Source of the DNA: Eledone cirrhosa
Lineage: Eukaryota
Length of the DNA: 64,000 bases
Direction: 5' to 3'
Assembly (NCBI GenBank): GCA_964016885.1
Contig: OZ024755.1
Coordinates: 20,026,001 to 20,090,000 of the forward strand
The first letter of the stretch is position 1. Each line of letters opens with the position of its first letter. The notes beneath the pieces are model-generated. The model did no database searches and had not been told where the DNA came from. It saw only the letters and a list, made by a program, of their open reading frames with translations. Made by a program: the position numbers and the translations under genes. Of the stretch, positions 38,751-54,209 are shown piece by piece.

Positions 38751-39544
38751 CCTCAAATCATTAGAATCATAGCTTATAATTTAAACCATAGGAAAAATGT
38801 AATCTGCTCAGAAGTTTTAGCAAAATACTGGGATTTGTAAATATAGATAAAAACAATTTGAACCTAGTTGCGCCTTTTCCCAATACATTTATAGTGTCAA
38901 GTATTGTCAAATTATAGAATAAAGCATAACTTGAAAGATTAAATCTAACTTCTATTATAATTAAGTATAGCAATAGTCCTATTGTCTCATGGTAACTGTA
39001 AATCGAAGGCTGGCCTTTTATTGATTTTCATGTTGTTTGACGATTAGTATTAACTCAATAATTGGTTATTCTGAAACTCAAGGTGACAGTGGCGTCTGAG
39101 AGACCAATTTTCACTTTCATTGCACTGCGTACAGCTCAAGTGAAATCTGTTGCCATTTAATATTTTCTGCTCCAAGGATTAGGATATTTTATTCTTTTTA
39201 CAATCAACTCTACACGTAATAAAATTAAAATACTTGAATCTAAAATGGTTAGAATGTTACAACGTACACTGATCGATATCGTAAAGTTTATCTTAACGAT
39301 AAACACTTCATTATCGATTGCCTGGAGACATTTGATAATGGATTTTGCGTTAAATGCTGTATTTTAAGAATCTTGCGACAGATTTCAAAGGAAACTAAAT
39401 TGATACAATTTAGACAAAGATAATAAGCATACAGCAATTTGAGATTTGGCTGAAGCCATTACATTTTATGTACAGCCTGATTTCCATCGGGAGGTCTTTC
39501 AAACAATTATTTAAATGGCTATCGATATTGAGTGATTAAAGCTC

Positions 39545-39800
39545 CTATATTACAGGCATGTGGTTCGAATATCCCAGAAAAGAATCGCTGGACAGATTTT
39601 ACGGGTATAACCAACCAGCAGGAGATCCAGGGATAGACCCCGAGCAAGATGGTTGGATAACATCCATGAGATCGGTTGGCACCCCTTGGGGATCCAGCCG
39701 AATCAATTGGAGATGGTTGTTTCTGACTGGAAACCGCTGGAAACAGTGTTTGAAGATCTGCACCGAAAGCCTACCCAGGAATAAGTGTGCAAAGAAGAAG
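39545..39800 (+). mobile_element. RTE-like LINE 3' end (same family as 1265)
   Basis: Shares gaccccgagcaagatggttggataacatccatgag and caggaataagt...gaagaag. Confidence 0.75.
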
Positions 39801-40212
39801 ACTAATCTATTCTATTTAAATGATATTAAAAATAATCTAGATAATGTGCGTTGTGCACAGTTTGAGAGCCTACACACTTAAACACACTTCGACATATACA
39901 AAAGTTTATAAATTGTGAAACAGTTTTGTGTGGGTAAGAAATTCACTTCGCAATAATGAAGTCTCACATTTTGATTTAATACATTTACAGTATCCTCAGT
40001 CGATCCAAATTATTATATGGACGTCCGTTACATGGATGTCAGCACTAATACAAAAGCAACGACCTTTCACTTCGGTGCTTGGATTACGTTAAGGGTACAC
40101 GTATTCGTAAAATACTCAAGTACCTACACGTTAATTCACAAGTTAGACATTCAAATGCCTAATAACTGAATGCTCGTTGCCACAACCAACGAAGAATTGA
40201 AGACCAGCAAAT

Positions 40213-40406
40213 CAGATCTGCCAACATCTAAAACTCCAGCCGGGGAGTACCACGAAAAGGAGTTGCCCCCAAACGGGAAGAAATAAGGCTAAATGGCGGG
40301 ATTTTACATATGAAAGCTATAGCCATTTTTACAAGACAAGACATTCCTCACCCACCCCAAAGTGGGTGGGAGATCTCCCCGTCCAACGGGGAGAGTTGAC
40401 AGGTCT
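40213..40406. mobile_element. MITE (same family as 9620)
   Basis: cagatctgccaac ... gttgacaggtctg termini and internal homology. Confidence 0.75.
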
Positions 40407-40749
40407 GAGCAAAGATCCTTTCACAAGATGAAAGTAAATGAAATGCTTTTAACCACACAGAATGATTTCAAATTGAAGCATGGATTGATCGTATCGATCG
40501 ACATGATCCCAGACTTCATTCGCTTACCGAGTTGAGTGGAACTCGTCAAATTGGACCAAGGAAACACTGTTTCCATTGGTATTTCCGTTGCTGATAATAT
40601 CTGCCAGTCACATATTTTAATGTTTTAGTCGCTCCTATATTCAAGTGGAACGTAGTTAAACTTCCTAAAGGATTTCCCACTCAGAAGTATTATCGAGAAA
40701 TATAGAACTTATAAATACATAAATACAAATATAAGATGTATGTATGCCC

Positions 40750-41860
40750 CTATGCAGTGGCTAACTATCGGTCAGAAGAAACCAATGAAAGTTCGTCACG
40801 TACTTTCGTCGACAGATTCTGTCGCTCTGACATGCAGGGCCTCGGATGGTGCTGCTTCGAAGTCCCAGTGATCAAACTTGAAAATGTGTTACCCCGGAGA
40901 AACACAATGCGCAGACGTTATTTCAACACGTTTGCCGGCTCATTCTGGTTGGTAGCCATATCTGATTCGATAACACTAAGTAGTGAGCTGGTTCTTGGAC
41001 TCAGCAGACTAAAATTCACCACCACTATAGGTTCAGTGGTAAATATATTGGAAAGCAAGCAGTCAAAACCTCAATAGATTGTCGGACAACGGAAACTTTA
41101 TCTATAGCCGAACGTACGAGGTTGCTACTGGAGAAAGCGTTGGTGCATGTCAGGCCCCCGATGTGCATGTCAGGCCTCAGATGAAGAGATTAACCGAGGA
41201 ACACGAATGTAATAATGCCATCTAACGTTTCCTATCCTTCGGTCTAACTGTACCAGTTCGAGCTGCGATGGGGCGACAGATCAGAGGACCGAGACACTAG
41301 AGAAAAAAAAAACGACATAGCGAAAGTCCCTATCCAGCTTGATAGCAGTTAGCCATAAGGGTACAGCGTTTATCCAGGCACCGCATAGCGTTGAGATGCA
41401 GACCGATGCTGGTTCTGCAGTTGCACAAGGCTGTCCAAAATTTGTCGTTCTGGATTGTATCCCATTTGAGTTGTAGAAATTCGACGTCCACAGAACGGAA
41501 GACAAGTGAGCACCACGTCAGCCCCAGGTTCCACAGGCCACCAGATGTTCTTTGGTAGTGACAGACTCTGATATTTTTTAAAGAACAACAGAGGATCAGC
41601 AATGATGAAACTGGAGACGAAAGACCAACTGTAAGGTAACGGACAGGGGATCTAAGTTGCATGACAGTAACAGGATCCCCTGTTGATGCAGTTCCTCAGC
41701 ATGACAGGAGCCTGGTGTGCGTTAATCAATCGTATCTGCTCATGAGAATTTCGATCTTGTCCTTAAACTTGAGGCAGATCTGAAGGCAGGCGGGAGAAGA
41801 GGTAACTCAAGAATGAAAACATGATTAAGCGGGGTTACCTCCATCTGGTTGAGAATCGAT
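40750..41860 (-). pseudogene. Heavily decayed Gypsy-like pol remnant
   Basis: Higher-GC island with fragments resembling PVFxRxRR, WRPCGDYR/RYxVP, FLG and integrase CxxC in the expected order. Weak by-eye match. Confidence 0.4.
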
Positions 41861-41968
41861 CCACAGAAATTGTAATTAGATTGTTAATTTATGATATAGG
41901 ATATACGTATATTTAGTATATTTATACGTATACGATATACGTATATTTCTTTAACCCAGAAACGAAAT

Positions 41969-42150
41969 ATAATTATTTCTACTTTTCGCACAAGGACAGC
42001 AATTATTCCAGTGTATTACTGGTACTTTATTTTATCGACCCCGTAAGGATGAAAGGCAAAGGTAACCTCGGGATTTGAACTCAGACCATAAAGGGCCGTA
42101 ACTCTTTGTTACAAAGCATGGGGTCCGACCCTCTACCGATCCTGCCAATA
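41969..42150 (-). mobile_element. SINE family 1
   Basis: Consensus match. Confidence 0.85.
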
Positions 42151-42772
42151 GTAAACGGGAATGGATTTATCTTCTAGCTTATTTTTATAGAACCACACTA
42201 GCATCTTAAGATGTCAGTGGTTTCTATTTTCAGTTGACGCCTCAATGAATACGCTCGTGATAATACAAGCAGTTGAAAAAGGGGGCTCCCCTGAAGCGTC
42301 TTTGGAGTAATGTTACTCGATAGAGTGTTGCTACTTTTGCGAATTGAGAGATCACAGCTCCGATATTACTGGTATGTGGTTAGAATATCTCAGCAAAGAA
42401 TCGTTGAAGAGATATGGGCAAAACCAACTGGCAAGAGACCCAGGAGAAAACCCCTAACAAGATGGTAGGATAAGATCCTTGAGCCTGGTTGGTCACACTT
42501 GGGGATCTAGTCGGACGGTTATTTCTGACAGGACTTGCTGATGGCATGCTCGGGGGGGGGGGGGATTCTGCCCGCACGATCCTCCCAGGAATAAGTGGAC
42601 GAAGAAGAAGCCTGAAAGATCACTTCTTTTCTTCAGAATCGTCTTGAGTCTCCCGATTCAAGTTAAACAAACAGACACGTATTTATAGAAATACGGAGGA
42701 CCCGTGCAATTTGAGTTCCTCTTTGTCTACAATCACCAGGTAATCATATTTGATATTTTTCTAATTGAAAAA

Positions 42773-43600
42773 TTTTGTTGAAAATAATTGTTTCTACTTT
42801 TGGCACAAGTCCAGCAATTATCCCAGTGTATTACTGGTACTTTATTTTATCGACTCCCGTAGGGATGAAAGGCAAAGTTAACCTCGGCGGGAGTTGAACT
42901 CAGATCATAAAGGGACGTAACTCTTTGCTGCAAAGCATGTCGTCTGACCCTCTACCGATACTGCCAATCCACCGCGGCTTTTGTTGAAAATAATTGTTTC
43001 TACTTTAGACACAAAGCCAGCAATTACCCAGTGCATTACTGGTACTTTATTTTATCGACCCCGTAAGGATGAAAGGCAAAGTTAACCTCGGCGGGATTTG
43101 AACTCAGATCATAAAGGGACGTAACTCTTTGCTGCAAAGCATGTCGTCTGACCCTCAACCGATACTGCCAATCCACCGCGGCTTTTGTTGAAAATAATTG
43201 TTTCTACTTTAGACACAAAGCCAGCAATTACCCAGTGCATTACTGGTACTTTATTTTATCGACCCCGTAAGGATGAAAGGCAAAGTTAACCTCGGCGGGA
43301 TTTGAACTCAGATCATAAAGGGACGTAACTCTTTGCTGCAAAGCATGTCGTCTGACCCTCTACCGATACTGCCAATCCACCGCGGCTTTTGTTGAAAATA
43401 ATTGTTTCTACTTTAGACACAAAGCCAGCAATTACCCAGTGCATTACTGGTACTTTATTTTATCGACCCCGTAAGGATGAAAGGCAAAGTCAACCTCGGC
43501 GGGATTTGAACTCAGATCGTAAAGGGACGTAACTATGCTGGAAAGCATGGCGTCTGACCCTCTACCGATACTGCCAATCCACCGCCGCTTTTGTTGACAA
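42773..43600 (-). repeat. Four head-to-tail family-1 SINEs (~204-bp period)
   Basis: Linker ttttgttga occurs at 42773, 42979, 43183, 43387 and 43589. Confidence 0.95.
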
Positions 43601-43970
43601 TGTCTTTAGAATATGTCATGAAAGTAGATTATTACCGGATTTCAATTATTACATTTTCCTACAATTCAATATGATAATTAATATATCAATTTTATACTTT
43701 TCTGAATTCATAGATTAACTATAAAGCATAGATTTCTCCATTCATTTAACTCAATGCATTCAATGGAGTAAAATCTTTAAAGATATTTTAATTTTCAAAG
43801 CATGTTAGTTAAACAAACATCAAACAGGAGAAGAAAGGAAGGAGAAGGGATTAAGTATATTACTATGTGTTAAACTAATATCAGATTTGATAGATTTAAA
43901 AGCGTTGTGCAATTATAAGACAGATGAAGAAGAGAGTTTATCACAGAAGTTTCAGCCCGTTTCTCCTTGC

Positions 43971-44772
43971 TAAGGGTAAGCCAAACCTATCTGATTTAGA
44001 GTAAACATTCTAGTGTTCATTGGTGTAAAATGGTTTTCAGTAATAGTAAATTATATCAACAATGTTTACTTATATATGGACTTTCTAAGGGTAAGTCAAA
44101 CCTATTTTATTTAGAGTAAACATTCTAGTATTCATTGGTGTAAAATGGTTTTCAGTAATAGTAAATTATATCAACATTGTTTACTTATATATGGACTTTC
44201 TAAGGGTAAGTCAAACCTATCTGATTTGGAGTAAACATTCTAGTGTTCATTGGTGTAAAATGGTTTTCAGTAATAGTAAATTATATCAACAATGTTTACT
44301 TATATATGGACTTTCTAAGGGTAAGTCAAACCTATTTTATTTAAAGTAAACATTCTAGTATTCATTGGTGTAAAATGGTTTTCAGTAATAGTAAATTATA
44401 TCAACATTGTTTACTTATATATGGACTTTCTAAGGGTAAGTCAAACCTATTTTATTTAGAGTAAACATTCTAGTATTCATTGGTGTAAAATGGTTTTCAG
44501 TAATAGTAAATTATATCAACAATGTTTACTTATATATGGACTTTCTAAGGGTAAGTCAAACCTATTTTATTTAGAGTAAACATTCTAGTGTTCATTGGTG
44601 AAAATGGTTTTCAGTAATAGTAAATTATATCAACATTGTTTACTTATATATGGACTTTCTAAGGGTAAGTCAAACCTATTTTATTTAGGGTAAACATTCT
44701 AGTGTACGCTAGTATAAACTCGTTTTCAGTTATAGTAAATTATATTAACAGTGTTTACTTATATATAGACTT
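43971..44772. repeat. 115-bp tandem repeat, 7 copies
   Basis: taagggtaag recurs at 43971, 44086, 44201, 44316, 44431, 44546 and 44660. Confidence 0.95.
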
Positions 44773-46164
44773 GAGTTTATTTATATTACCACGATTGCAA
44801 TAGGAGGATACAATCGATTAAATTGATCTGGGATATTACTATTATTAATTACTGCGGCTCCCACAAGACCAAAAGTTAAATTTGATTATGATAGGATTTA
44901 AAAGAAATAATTTGAAAATGTTGAATTCTCTCGAAGGTTTACTCATGTCAATCGCAGTCTAAGCCGTACACATCGCCAAGTATTTTATTTAATATTAGTA
45001 TAAATACTAATTCTAACTCGACATAACGTATTTATATTTTAGCAAAATGAATATATGTGAATTTGTGAGAGTCGTGTCTTTAGCCGCATAATATGAATTT
45101 ATTGATTCTCAAATGGAAATCAAAATTGGTCTGAAGAATTTGACATTTCAAGAGCTTAACATATTCTTAAGCTGCAGCATCTTATTTCAAAAGTTCTGTT
45201 TAAACTGATTTATAATCTTTTCGTGAATGGCTGCAAAAACTATGGCAAGTCTAAATTATAACTTAGCAAAAACTAAGCCATAAATTATATCGATTAAACC
45301 AATTCTGCTAATAATTCTAGGTTTTCTTGATATAGTGTGTTCGTAATTACACTATTGTTTGCTGGGTTTTTTATTATAAAGACACCGTTTATATTTGCTG
45401 CCATATTTTGTTTCTTTGTTTTCTACTACTTTTCTTCAAAAAAGAGTGTTAAAATATTGCATATGCGACAAGGGAGAGTTTAGCCTGTGATTTATGGATG
45501 ACTGTGTTCTCTTTTATGCATATTTTATGGGTTAGATTTTATACAATGTCCCCTGGGCCTCTTTGCTATTCTTTATTTTATGCAAATAATTCGCTAATAA
45601 GCATCTTAAATCTCATTGCTGTATTATTTTTACTTCCCTGGTGCTCATATATTTCAGTCTAACAATTTAGTTGTATTATTTATATACTTACATTAGATAT
45701 ACGTTTCTTAACATAGGAAAATAATATTTCTACATGAAAGAAAACAGCTTACATTACATATGATTTTGTTATGAGATTGAAGCAAGATAATACAGTATCT
45801 CCACATTTATTTGTCTTTAAGTATCACAATAATACATATCGTTTGATATACGATATTTAAAACGAAATATACATCAAAGCGTATCCGTGAATAATTTTGA
45901 TTTTCCATAATACTTATTTCCATTTAGTTGCGGTGTTAAGTGCAAAACATGGCTGCTAAAAATGATTCATATTCTCGTTTTATTTCAATATAACCTATTA
46001 AGATTAAACAAAATTATTATTTTACATAAATACTATAGAAAATAGTAGTTTTGTACCAAACACACGGTATTTGATACTAGGATTAGCTAGATAGAATAAA
46101 ATGTCGCTGAGCGATTGGGAGCTGCTTATTAAACAAGGTACTGCAACAACAATTGTTTATTTCT

Positions 46165-46398
46165 ATAGGGTCTATAGTTCAAGTAGAGTACCAGTAATAG
46201 GGTCTATAGTAGCAGTAGAGTACCAGTAATAGGGTCTATAGTACAAGTAGAGTACTAGTAATAGGGTCTATAGTAGCAGTAGAGTACCAGTAATAGGGTC
46301 TATAGTAGCAGTAGAGTACCAGTAATAGGGTCTATAGTAGCAGTAGAGTACCAGTAATAGGGTCTATAGTACCAGTAATAGGGTCTATAGTACAAGTA
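46165..46398. repeat. 31-32 bp minisatellite, ~7 copies
   Basis: Unit gtagagtaccagtaatagggtctatagtagca. Confidence 0.9.
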
Positions 46399-47585
46399 AC
46401 TTGGAAATGTTAGGCCTGGCGGTGACCATCTCCTCTCCAGAGAAGAATGGAAAGTGGGGGAGAGGAAGTGAGAAAGAGACATAGAGGGAGAATCGGCCCC
46501 GCAGTAAGACTGATTATTTGTTATTGACCTCGAAAGGTCTTTGAATAGCGGCACTGTACATAATGTCGTTGTTTGTACAGCTAAAACGATCAGGATATTA
46601 ATAACTGGAAAGCCTCTGTCCTTCCATCTGTTTGGTCATAGTTATATCAGAGCTAAACAACAACAACAACTAACAGAGATTAAAATGATCTAAGTGTAAG
46701 GATAATTCTAAAAGAATTCTGAAGAACAATTTCCCCTTCTGAATTCTTATAAAAAATTTAAAAAATCATTTAATTTTATTAACAGTAGGACCCGCTGAGA
46801 GGAGTCTCTCAGGACCCTTCCCCCACTACCCTCGCAAGAAGAAGAAGAAGAAGAAGAAGAAGAAACATGAGGGAGGAGGAGGATAAGGAGATGGAGAAGA
46901 AGAAGTATATACTATTGATTCGATAAGAGAAGTTTGCGTTTGTCAATTTGTAACTATATAGACACCTAAAATCGTTAACGGAAGCATGGTGCATGTTTGT
47001 ATAGTATCATGCTCGATAGCGAAAGATGGCCGTGGTTATACATACATGAGGGTATGTGTGTTTACGTGCGTCTATACAGCGTGTGTGTGAGCAAGTATGT
47101 CTATATATTCTTTTCCTTTTATCTTTATTGCATAGCTTTCTTTTAAATATAAGACAAATGGAAATAACTATTTATTCCATTGACGTTTGTCCAAATTACA
47201 TTTATATCCATCACTTGCTTTTTCTTTGCTAAGTCTACATCTTCATGTACGTTCATATCATTCAAGTGTGATATTATATTTGCCTTTATATAATCCACCT
47301 TTATTGTTTTATAATAGATTTATGTATTACTACGTCAATACTGGACCCTCATATTTATCATGAGAGTCCACGAGCAAACTATGTTTCCATCATATATTTA
47401 ACAGTGGCAATCAATTATATCTAATCTTATTTAACGTCCGTATTTTAAGTAATGTTGGTGAAGCTTATATTCTTTGGAAAGTAAGGATAATACTTTCTAT
47501 GCCATGCAATGCTGAGAAAATATGCCTACATCAGAAATTATAATAGATTTCGTTATGCCAGCACATCAACAGAAATATGATGCAG

Positions 47586-48392
47586 TAATATTTGTTTCTA
47601 CGTTTGGCACAAGGCCAGCAATTTGCATGAAAGGAAGAAGTCGAAGAAATCGACCCCAGTGCATTACTGGTAAAGTATTTTATCGACTCTGTTAGGATGA
47701 ATGGCAAAGCTAACCCCGGCGGAGTTTGAACTCAAAACGTAAAGAGCGCTAACTCTATGCTACAAAGCATGTTGTTCGACGTTCTACCGATACTTCCAAT
47801 CCAAGTAATAATTGTTTCTACTTTTGGCACAAGGCCAGTAATTACCCCAGTGCATTACTGGTACTTTATTTTATCGACCCCCGTAAGGATGAAAGGCAAA
47901 GTTAACCTCGACGGGATTTGAACTTAGACCGTAAAGAGACGTAACTATGCTGGAACGCATGGTGTCCGACCCTCTACCGATACTGCCAATTCACCGTAAT
48001 AATGTTTACTGGCTTAAGCACAAGGCCAACAATTTGGGGGAGAGGATAGTCTATTAAATCGACCACAGTATATTACTAGTACTTTATTTTTCGACCCATA
48101 AGGATGAAAGACAAAGCTAGCTTCAGCGGGATTTGAACTCAGTACGCAAAAGAGTTGCAAAGCATGTTGTCAGATGCTCTACCGTTTTCTGCTAATTCAC
48201 CACCGTACGATTCAGTAATAATTGTTTCTACTTTTGGCACAAGGCCAGCAATCACCCCCAGTGCATTACTGGTACTTTATTTTATCGACCCCGTAAGGAT
48301 GAAAGGCAAAGTTAACCTCGGCGGGATTTGAACTCAGAATGGCAAGGGCCGTAACTCTATGCGTCAAAGCATGGCGTCCGAGCCTCTACCGA
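47586..48392 (-). mobile_element. Four stacked family-1-type SINEs (old and young alternating)
   Basis: Four successive reverse-complement matches with different divergence. Confidence 0.85.
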
Positions 48393-48729
48393 ATGCACCC
48401 AGCTTTACTTGAGTCGTCAAGTGATGAGATACTCAACTATGAGGGCTTTAATTATGCTGCTAATTTTAATAAGAATGGTTTACAGTTTTCTATTTCCAAG
48501 AGATTTATCTTTTAGGAAACTGTATCTTCGGTTTAATAACAAAGTTGTGGAATTAATCATGATATCGTTTTATTAAATGCGAATACAAAGCCGCTTATAT
48601 GAACAAATGACTCGGTGTTAACATACTCTTCTCACTGACTGAAGGAGCCAATTCTATAGTTTATGGACTAACTTACTCGCAGCATATTTGTTCATCTGAA
48701 CTGTTTAAATAATTAATATATTCGCAAGG

Positions 48730-49170
48730 GATGCGGATTCGCAGTGTCGGTAGAGCATCGGACATGATGCTTCACGGCATACAGTTAGTTACGGCTCATT
48801 ACGTTCTGAGTTCAAATCCCACCGAGGTTATAGGTTTGCCTTTCATCCTTAGAGGGTCAATAAAATAAAGAATCAGTAATGTGCTGGGGGTCAATTTAGT
48901 CGACTTTCTCCATTTCCAAAATCGTTGGCATTGCGCCTAAATCAGAGTGGATTGGCAGTATCGGTAGAGGGTCGGACGCCATGCTTTTCAGCATAGAGTT
49001 ACGGCCCTTTACGCCTAGGTTAACTTTGCCTTTCATCCTTACGGGGCCGATAAAATAAAGCACCAGTAATGCACTGGTGGGCTTGTGCCAAAAGTAGAAA
49101 CAGTTATAATATTTGTTTCTACTTTAGGCACAAGGCCAGCAATTTACCAGTTCATTACTGGTACTTTAAT
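48730..49170 (+). mobile_element. Family-1 SINE cluster
   Basis: Two + copies and an inverted 3' stub. Confidence 0.8.
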
Positions 49171-49346
49171 ATTAACATGAAACCTGATGGCATAATTCAA
49201 ATCCAGGCGAAACAACTTTGACATTCGCCATTGCGTGTCGATAAACTAAAGTATATGTCAAGGTCTGGAGTTGGTTTAATTTCATAATCCGGCCGTTGTA
49301 GAGAAAGACAGAGATAGTGGGGAGAAGAAAGAGATAGAGATAGATA

Positions 49347-49388
<42 letters not shown>

Positions 49389-49989
49389 TGTGTTATAGGC
49401 ACCGTGAGGTAAAGTGACACAAACAGAGAAAGTGACACAGTAAGATCGAATATCGGCCTCAATATTTCTAGGCATTTTATTTATCGACTATGCCTGTATG
49501 TATGTGTGTATGCATGTGTGTATGTGGGGGTTCGCGTGTGCTGGTAGATTTATTAAATATTTTGGAAGCAACTTTTTAATGCATTTCTTTATAATTAAGC
49601 TTAGTTGTTAACTATCTTTTTTATTACCTTACCTAATTAAAAGTGCAAATTTATGCAAAATATTAATTTGGGAATTATCTCAACAAAAATGATCTCGAGT
49701 ATTATTATAATGTTTTTCTTATTTATTACGATATCGTCTATTGTCCGATATTGTTATTGTTTCCGAAATAGATTCGTGTTCTTGTTGGAGAGATAATGTC
49801 TCTACTATGTCTAATTATATTTAATATACTTTTTATTAAGTGCAATGTATATTAATATATCGGATGTCTATAAAAACAAAACATTAAAATGTTCTATTGT
49901 TCATTGACATTATGTATAGAGTGATGCTCAGAAAGAGCTGCAGATAACATTTTCTTAAGGATATTGTAAAAGTGGAAACTGATGAGATC

Positions 49990-50182
49990 CCTGACCAGCT
50001 AACCTAAATACCTAAACGGGAAGTACCATGAAAAAAGGTCCCCAAAACGGGGAGAAATAAGGCAAAATGGAGAGATTTTACATAATGAAAGCAATACCAA
50101 TTTTCACAAGAGAAGAAATCTCTCACCCACACCAAAGTGGATAAGAGATCTCTCCGTCGGACGGGGAGAGTTCACAAGTCTG
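49990..50182. mobile_element. MITE (same family as 9620), diverged
   Basis: Internal homology and right terminus gttcacaagtctg. Confidence 0.65.
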
Positions 50183-51557
50183 TGAGTCTATGTAGCTATT
50201 TATATTACATTAGAACCAATTACTTTTCAACATATCATTCTTAATTTATACCGTTACTCTAGACAATTCGACATTCTTGACAACTCGATATTTGCGTAAC
50301 ATTTCAGTTATATTTTCTTTCATCAATTCCTCATTAACTACAGTTAGTGTTTATATATTTCTTATATTTACAGAAAAATAGCAAAACTAAAACACTTTTA
50401 ATGCTTAAAATTTTATTTTAATTTTCGTGCCTAATGCTTTTTAATTGAACATGATACCGCGGCCTCAATGAAATGCGAGTTTATTGAAAGATTTAGCGCA
50501 AGTTTAATTACAGTTGAAGCTTTTATCATTTTCCCTGCTTCTAAGGTTTTACATGAGTTCTATTAAATAATGATCCTCATAATTCTATAGGTTAAAACAT
50601 AAATTAGAATCAACTGGCTATATAGTAAAGAAGAATTTATAACATGCAGGGTAATAAAAACACCAAGCCAAAAATCACTGACATTATATATATATATATA
50701 TATATACATATATATATACATATATATATGAAATATGCATAACTACAGAAGGTTACATTCAGAGGGGACGGTGCAGAGATCTGACATCTATCACAGGGTG
50801 TACACACAACTGCAAATGAAACAAAGTTTAGTCTTCAATTAATAGTCAAGTACATGCATAATTCGAAATATCGGCCGTTACATTCGCACAAAAGCGGATA
50901 TTACATTCTAAAGTATCTTTACAACACACTAACACCACCTATACAAAACCTAAAACATTTAAACAAGCTTATATAATTATACCAGGTTTTAAAGAAGTAC
51001 GTAATATACTAAGAACAATATCAGTTTCCGTGAATTTAAACATTATTACTACTGCGAATGATTGTCAATTCTTATAGCGAAGTTCTGTACGACAAATATC
51101 ATTATATTATATTTTTAAATAATAAAGACTCTGACAATGTTAATTTAATTCTAATAAATCTCATTTTGCAGTAATTTTACATCATTGAATTAACCAAGCA
51201 GTAACAATGTCAATCATCCAGGAAACTTAACTATTTAATATTTGAAATCCTGTAAACAAAACATGAATTAAACAAAGTGTGTAATAAAATAGACCAGTGA
51301 TGTTCATTTTGAATTAAACACAATATAACATTTTCGAATATTCTTTCAAAATTTCAAAACTCAGTAGCTCGATGAAATTACAGTACATTATTGTTTGTGA
51401 GTAAAGATGACATAAAAGTATTTTTAGCAACGTATACCAGTGTGATAAGGGAAGTAAAGTGCAGAATTATCGAGTCTGTCTCTAACTATTAGATGTTGTT
51501 AATACAACTTCCGTGGAAATCTTTCCATATCAGTTTCTATTACAAATTGTTGAACGT

Positions 51558-51745
51558 AATAATTGTTTCTACTTTAGGCACAAGGCCAGCAATTACCCAG
51601 TGCATTACTGGTACTTTATTTTATCGACCCCGTAAGGATGAAAGGCAAAGTCAACCTCGGCGGGATTTGAACTCAGATCGTAAAGGGGCGTAACTCTATG
51701 CTGGAAAGCATGGCGTCCGACCCTCTACCAAATACTGCCAATCCA
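51558..51745 (-). mobile_element. SINE family 1
   Basis: Full consensus match. Confidence 0.9.
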
Positions 51746-52698
51746 AATCTTCAACAACTGCAAGTCACATAGCTGTCTTTGTACATTATACAGCAAAGAA
51801 CTATATCTTTGTCGTTAGGCTGTTGGACTCACGACTTAAAATCGTGGGTTCAATTCCTGGAGGGCACAGTACTTTGTTTTGAGCAAAACAATTTACTTCA
51901 CACCGCTCCTTTGGCCACAAGTTGCAACCGGCATATAGTATCAACAATGGAACGACTATTGGAAATATTTTCCCTTAGTTCGATCTGACAATCGATTGAT
52001 TCGTTTCCTTTCCTTTCCTTTCCACATTAGACAAAAAAAAAAATATCACATAAAGATGTATGTCTTGATATTGCAAAGAAATATCATCGCATAAATCTCG
52101 ATGTAGATTCATTAATGACGCTCTATCTGTTAGAATGGGCAATCCATGTTTAAGTACATTAACAGAATATATAAATAATAAGGGTATAAGATAGCAATTA
52201 TTTCTTGGAGAAAGAAATATTTCTTAAACAAAATGGTTGATGATTTAGACTGAATCATATACGTACTGACGTCATAAGTATCAAAAACGTTATACGTAAT
52301 GTTAGTATGAAAGAATATATGCAATATGCTTGGCTATATCGGGGCTAAATGTACCGAGGGTGAGTTGTGCTGAGATTGAATTGAAAATAATATATTATTC
52401 AAAAGATAATGAAAAAATGAAATCTATGTTATTGGATGATAAGTTGATGGATAAACGTAGCAAAACATACGGATATCCATCTGCTCAACTTAAATCAACT
52501 GACAAAATATAGATTTTGGAATTCATATATCTGTGTGAGATGAATATCTACAGAGAATCTTATCTATATATCTATATATATATATATACATATAAATATA
52601 TATATATATAAATATTCACATTTCCTATCACAATAATATTTTGTGTGAGAAACCAACACGTGAGTTGTCGATTTGATATTGAAAAGGGTTTGGGAAAC

Positions 52699-52833
52699 AA
52701 TCAACTACTGGCAAAAATTTCAATATATAAATATACAATTTTATATATATAGAATTTATATATATAATGTATACATAAATATATAATATATATAATATAT
52801 ATATATATAATATATATAATATATATATATATA

Positions 52834-52865
<32 letters not shown>

Positions 52866-53334
52866 AATATAATATATATAATATATATTTATATAATATA
52901 TATATAATATATATATATAATATATAGATAATATATATATATAATGTATATATAATATATATATATACATAATATATATATACATAATATATACATATAA
53001 TGTCTACTACTGGCAAAATCAACTACTGGCAAAAATTTCAATATATGAATATACAATTTTATATATAGAGAATTTATATATATAATGTATACATAAATAT
53101 ATAATATATATAATATATATATATAATATATATATATATATATAATATATATAATATATATATATAATATATATATATATATAATATATATATATAATAT
53201 ATATATATATATAATATATATATATAATATATATATATAATATATATATATAATATATATATATAATATATATATATAATATATATATATATAATATATA
53301 TATATAATATATATATATAATATATATATATAAT

Positions 53335-53389
<55 letters not shown>

Positions 53390-54153
53390 CATAAATATAT
53401 AATATATATATAGATAATATATATATACATAATATATATATACATAATATATATATACAATATGTATATATGTAATATATAGATAATATATACATATAAT
53501 GTTATATATAATGTATATATATAAAATATATATATATACATAATATATATATACATAATGTATATATAATATATATATACATAATATATACATATGTATA
53601 TATAATGTATATATATATAATATATATATACATAATATATATATATACAATATATATATACATAATATATATATATACATAATGTATATATATATAATAT
53701 ATATATACATAATATATATATATATAATATATATATATACATAATATATATATATATAATATATATATATACAATATATATATATACATAATATATATAT
53801 ACATAATGTAAATATATACATAATATATTCATATAATGTATATATAATATATATATATATAATATACATATATTATATATTTAATATATATATACATAAA
53901 ATGTATATATAATATATATATATATATAATATATATATATATAATATATATATATATAATATATATATATATAATATATATATACATAATATATATATAC
54001 ATAATATATATATACATAATATATATATACATAATGTATATATAATATATATTTACATAATATAATGTATATATAATATATATATATCTATATATAATAT
54101 ATATATAATATATATTTACATAATATAATATATATATAATATACATATACAAA

Positions 54154-54209
<56 letters not shown>

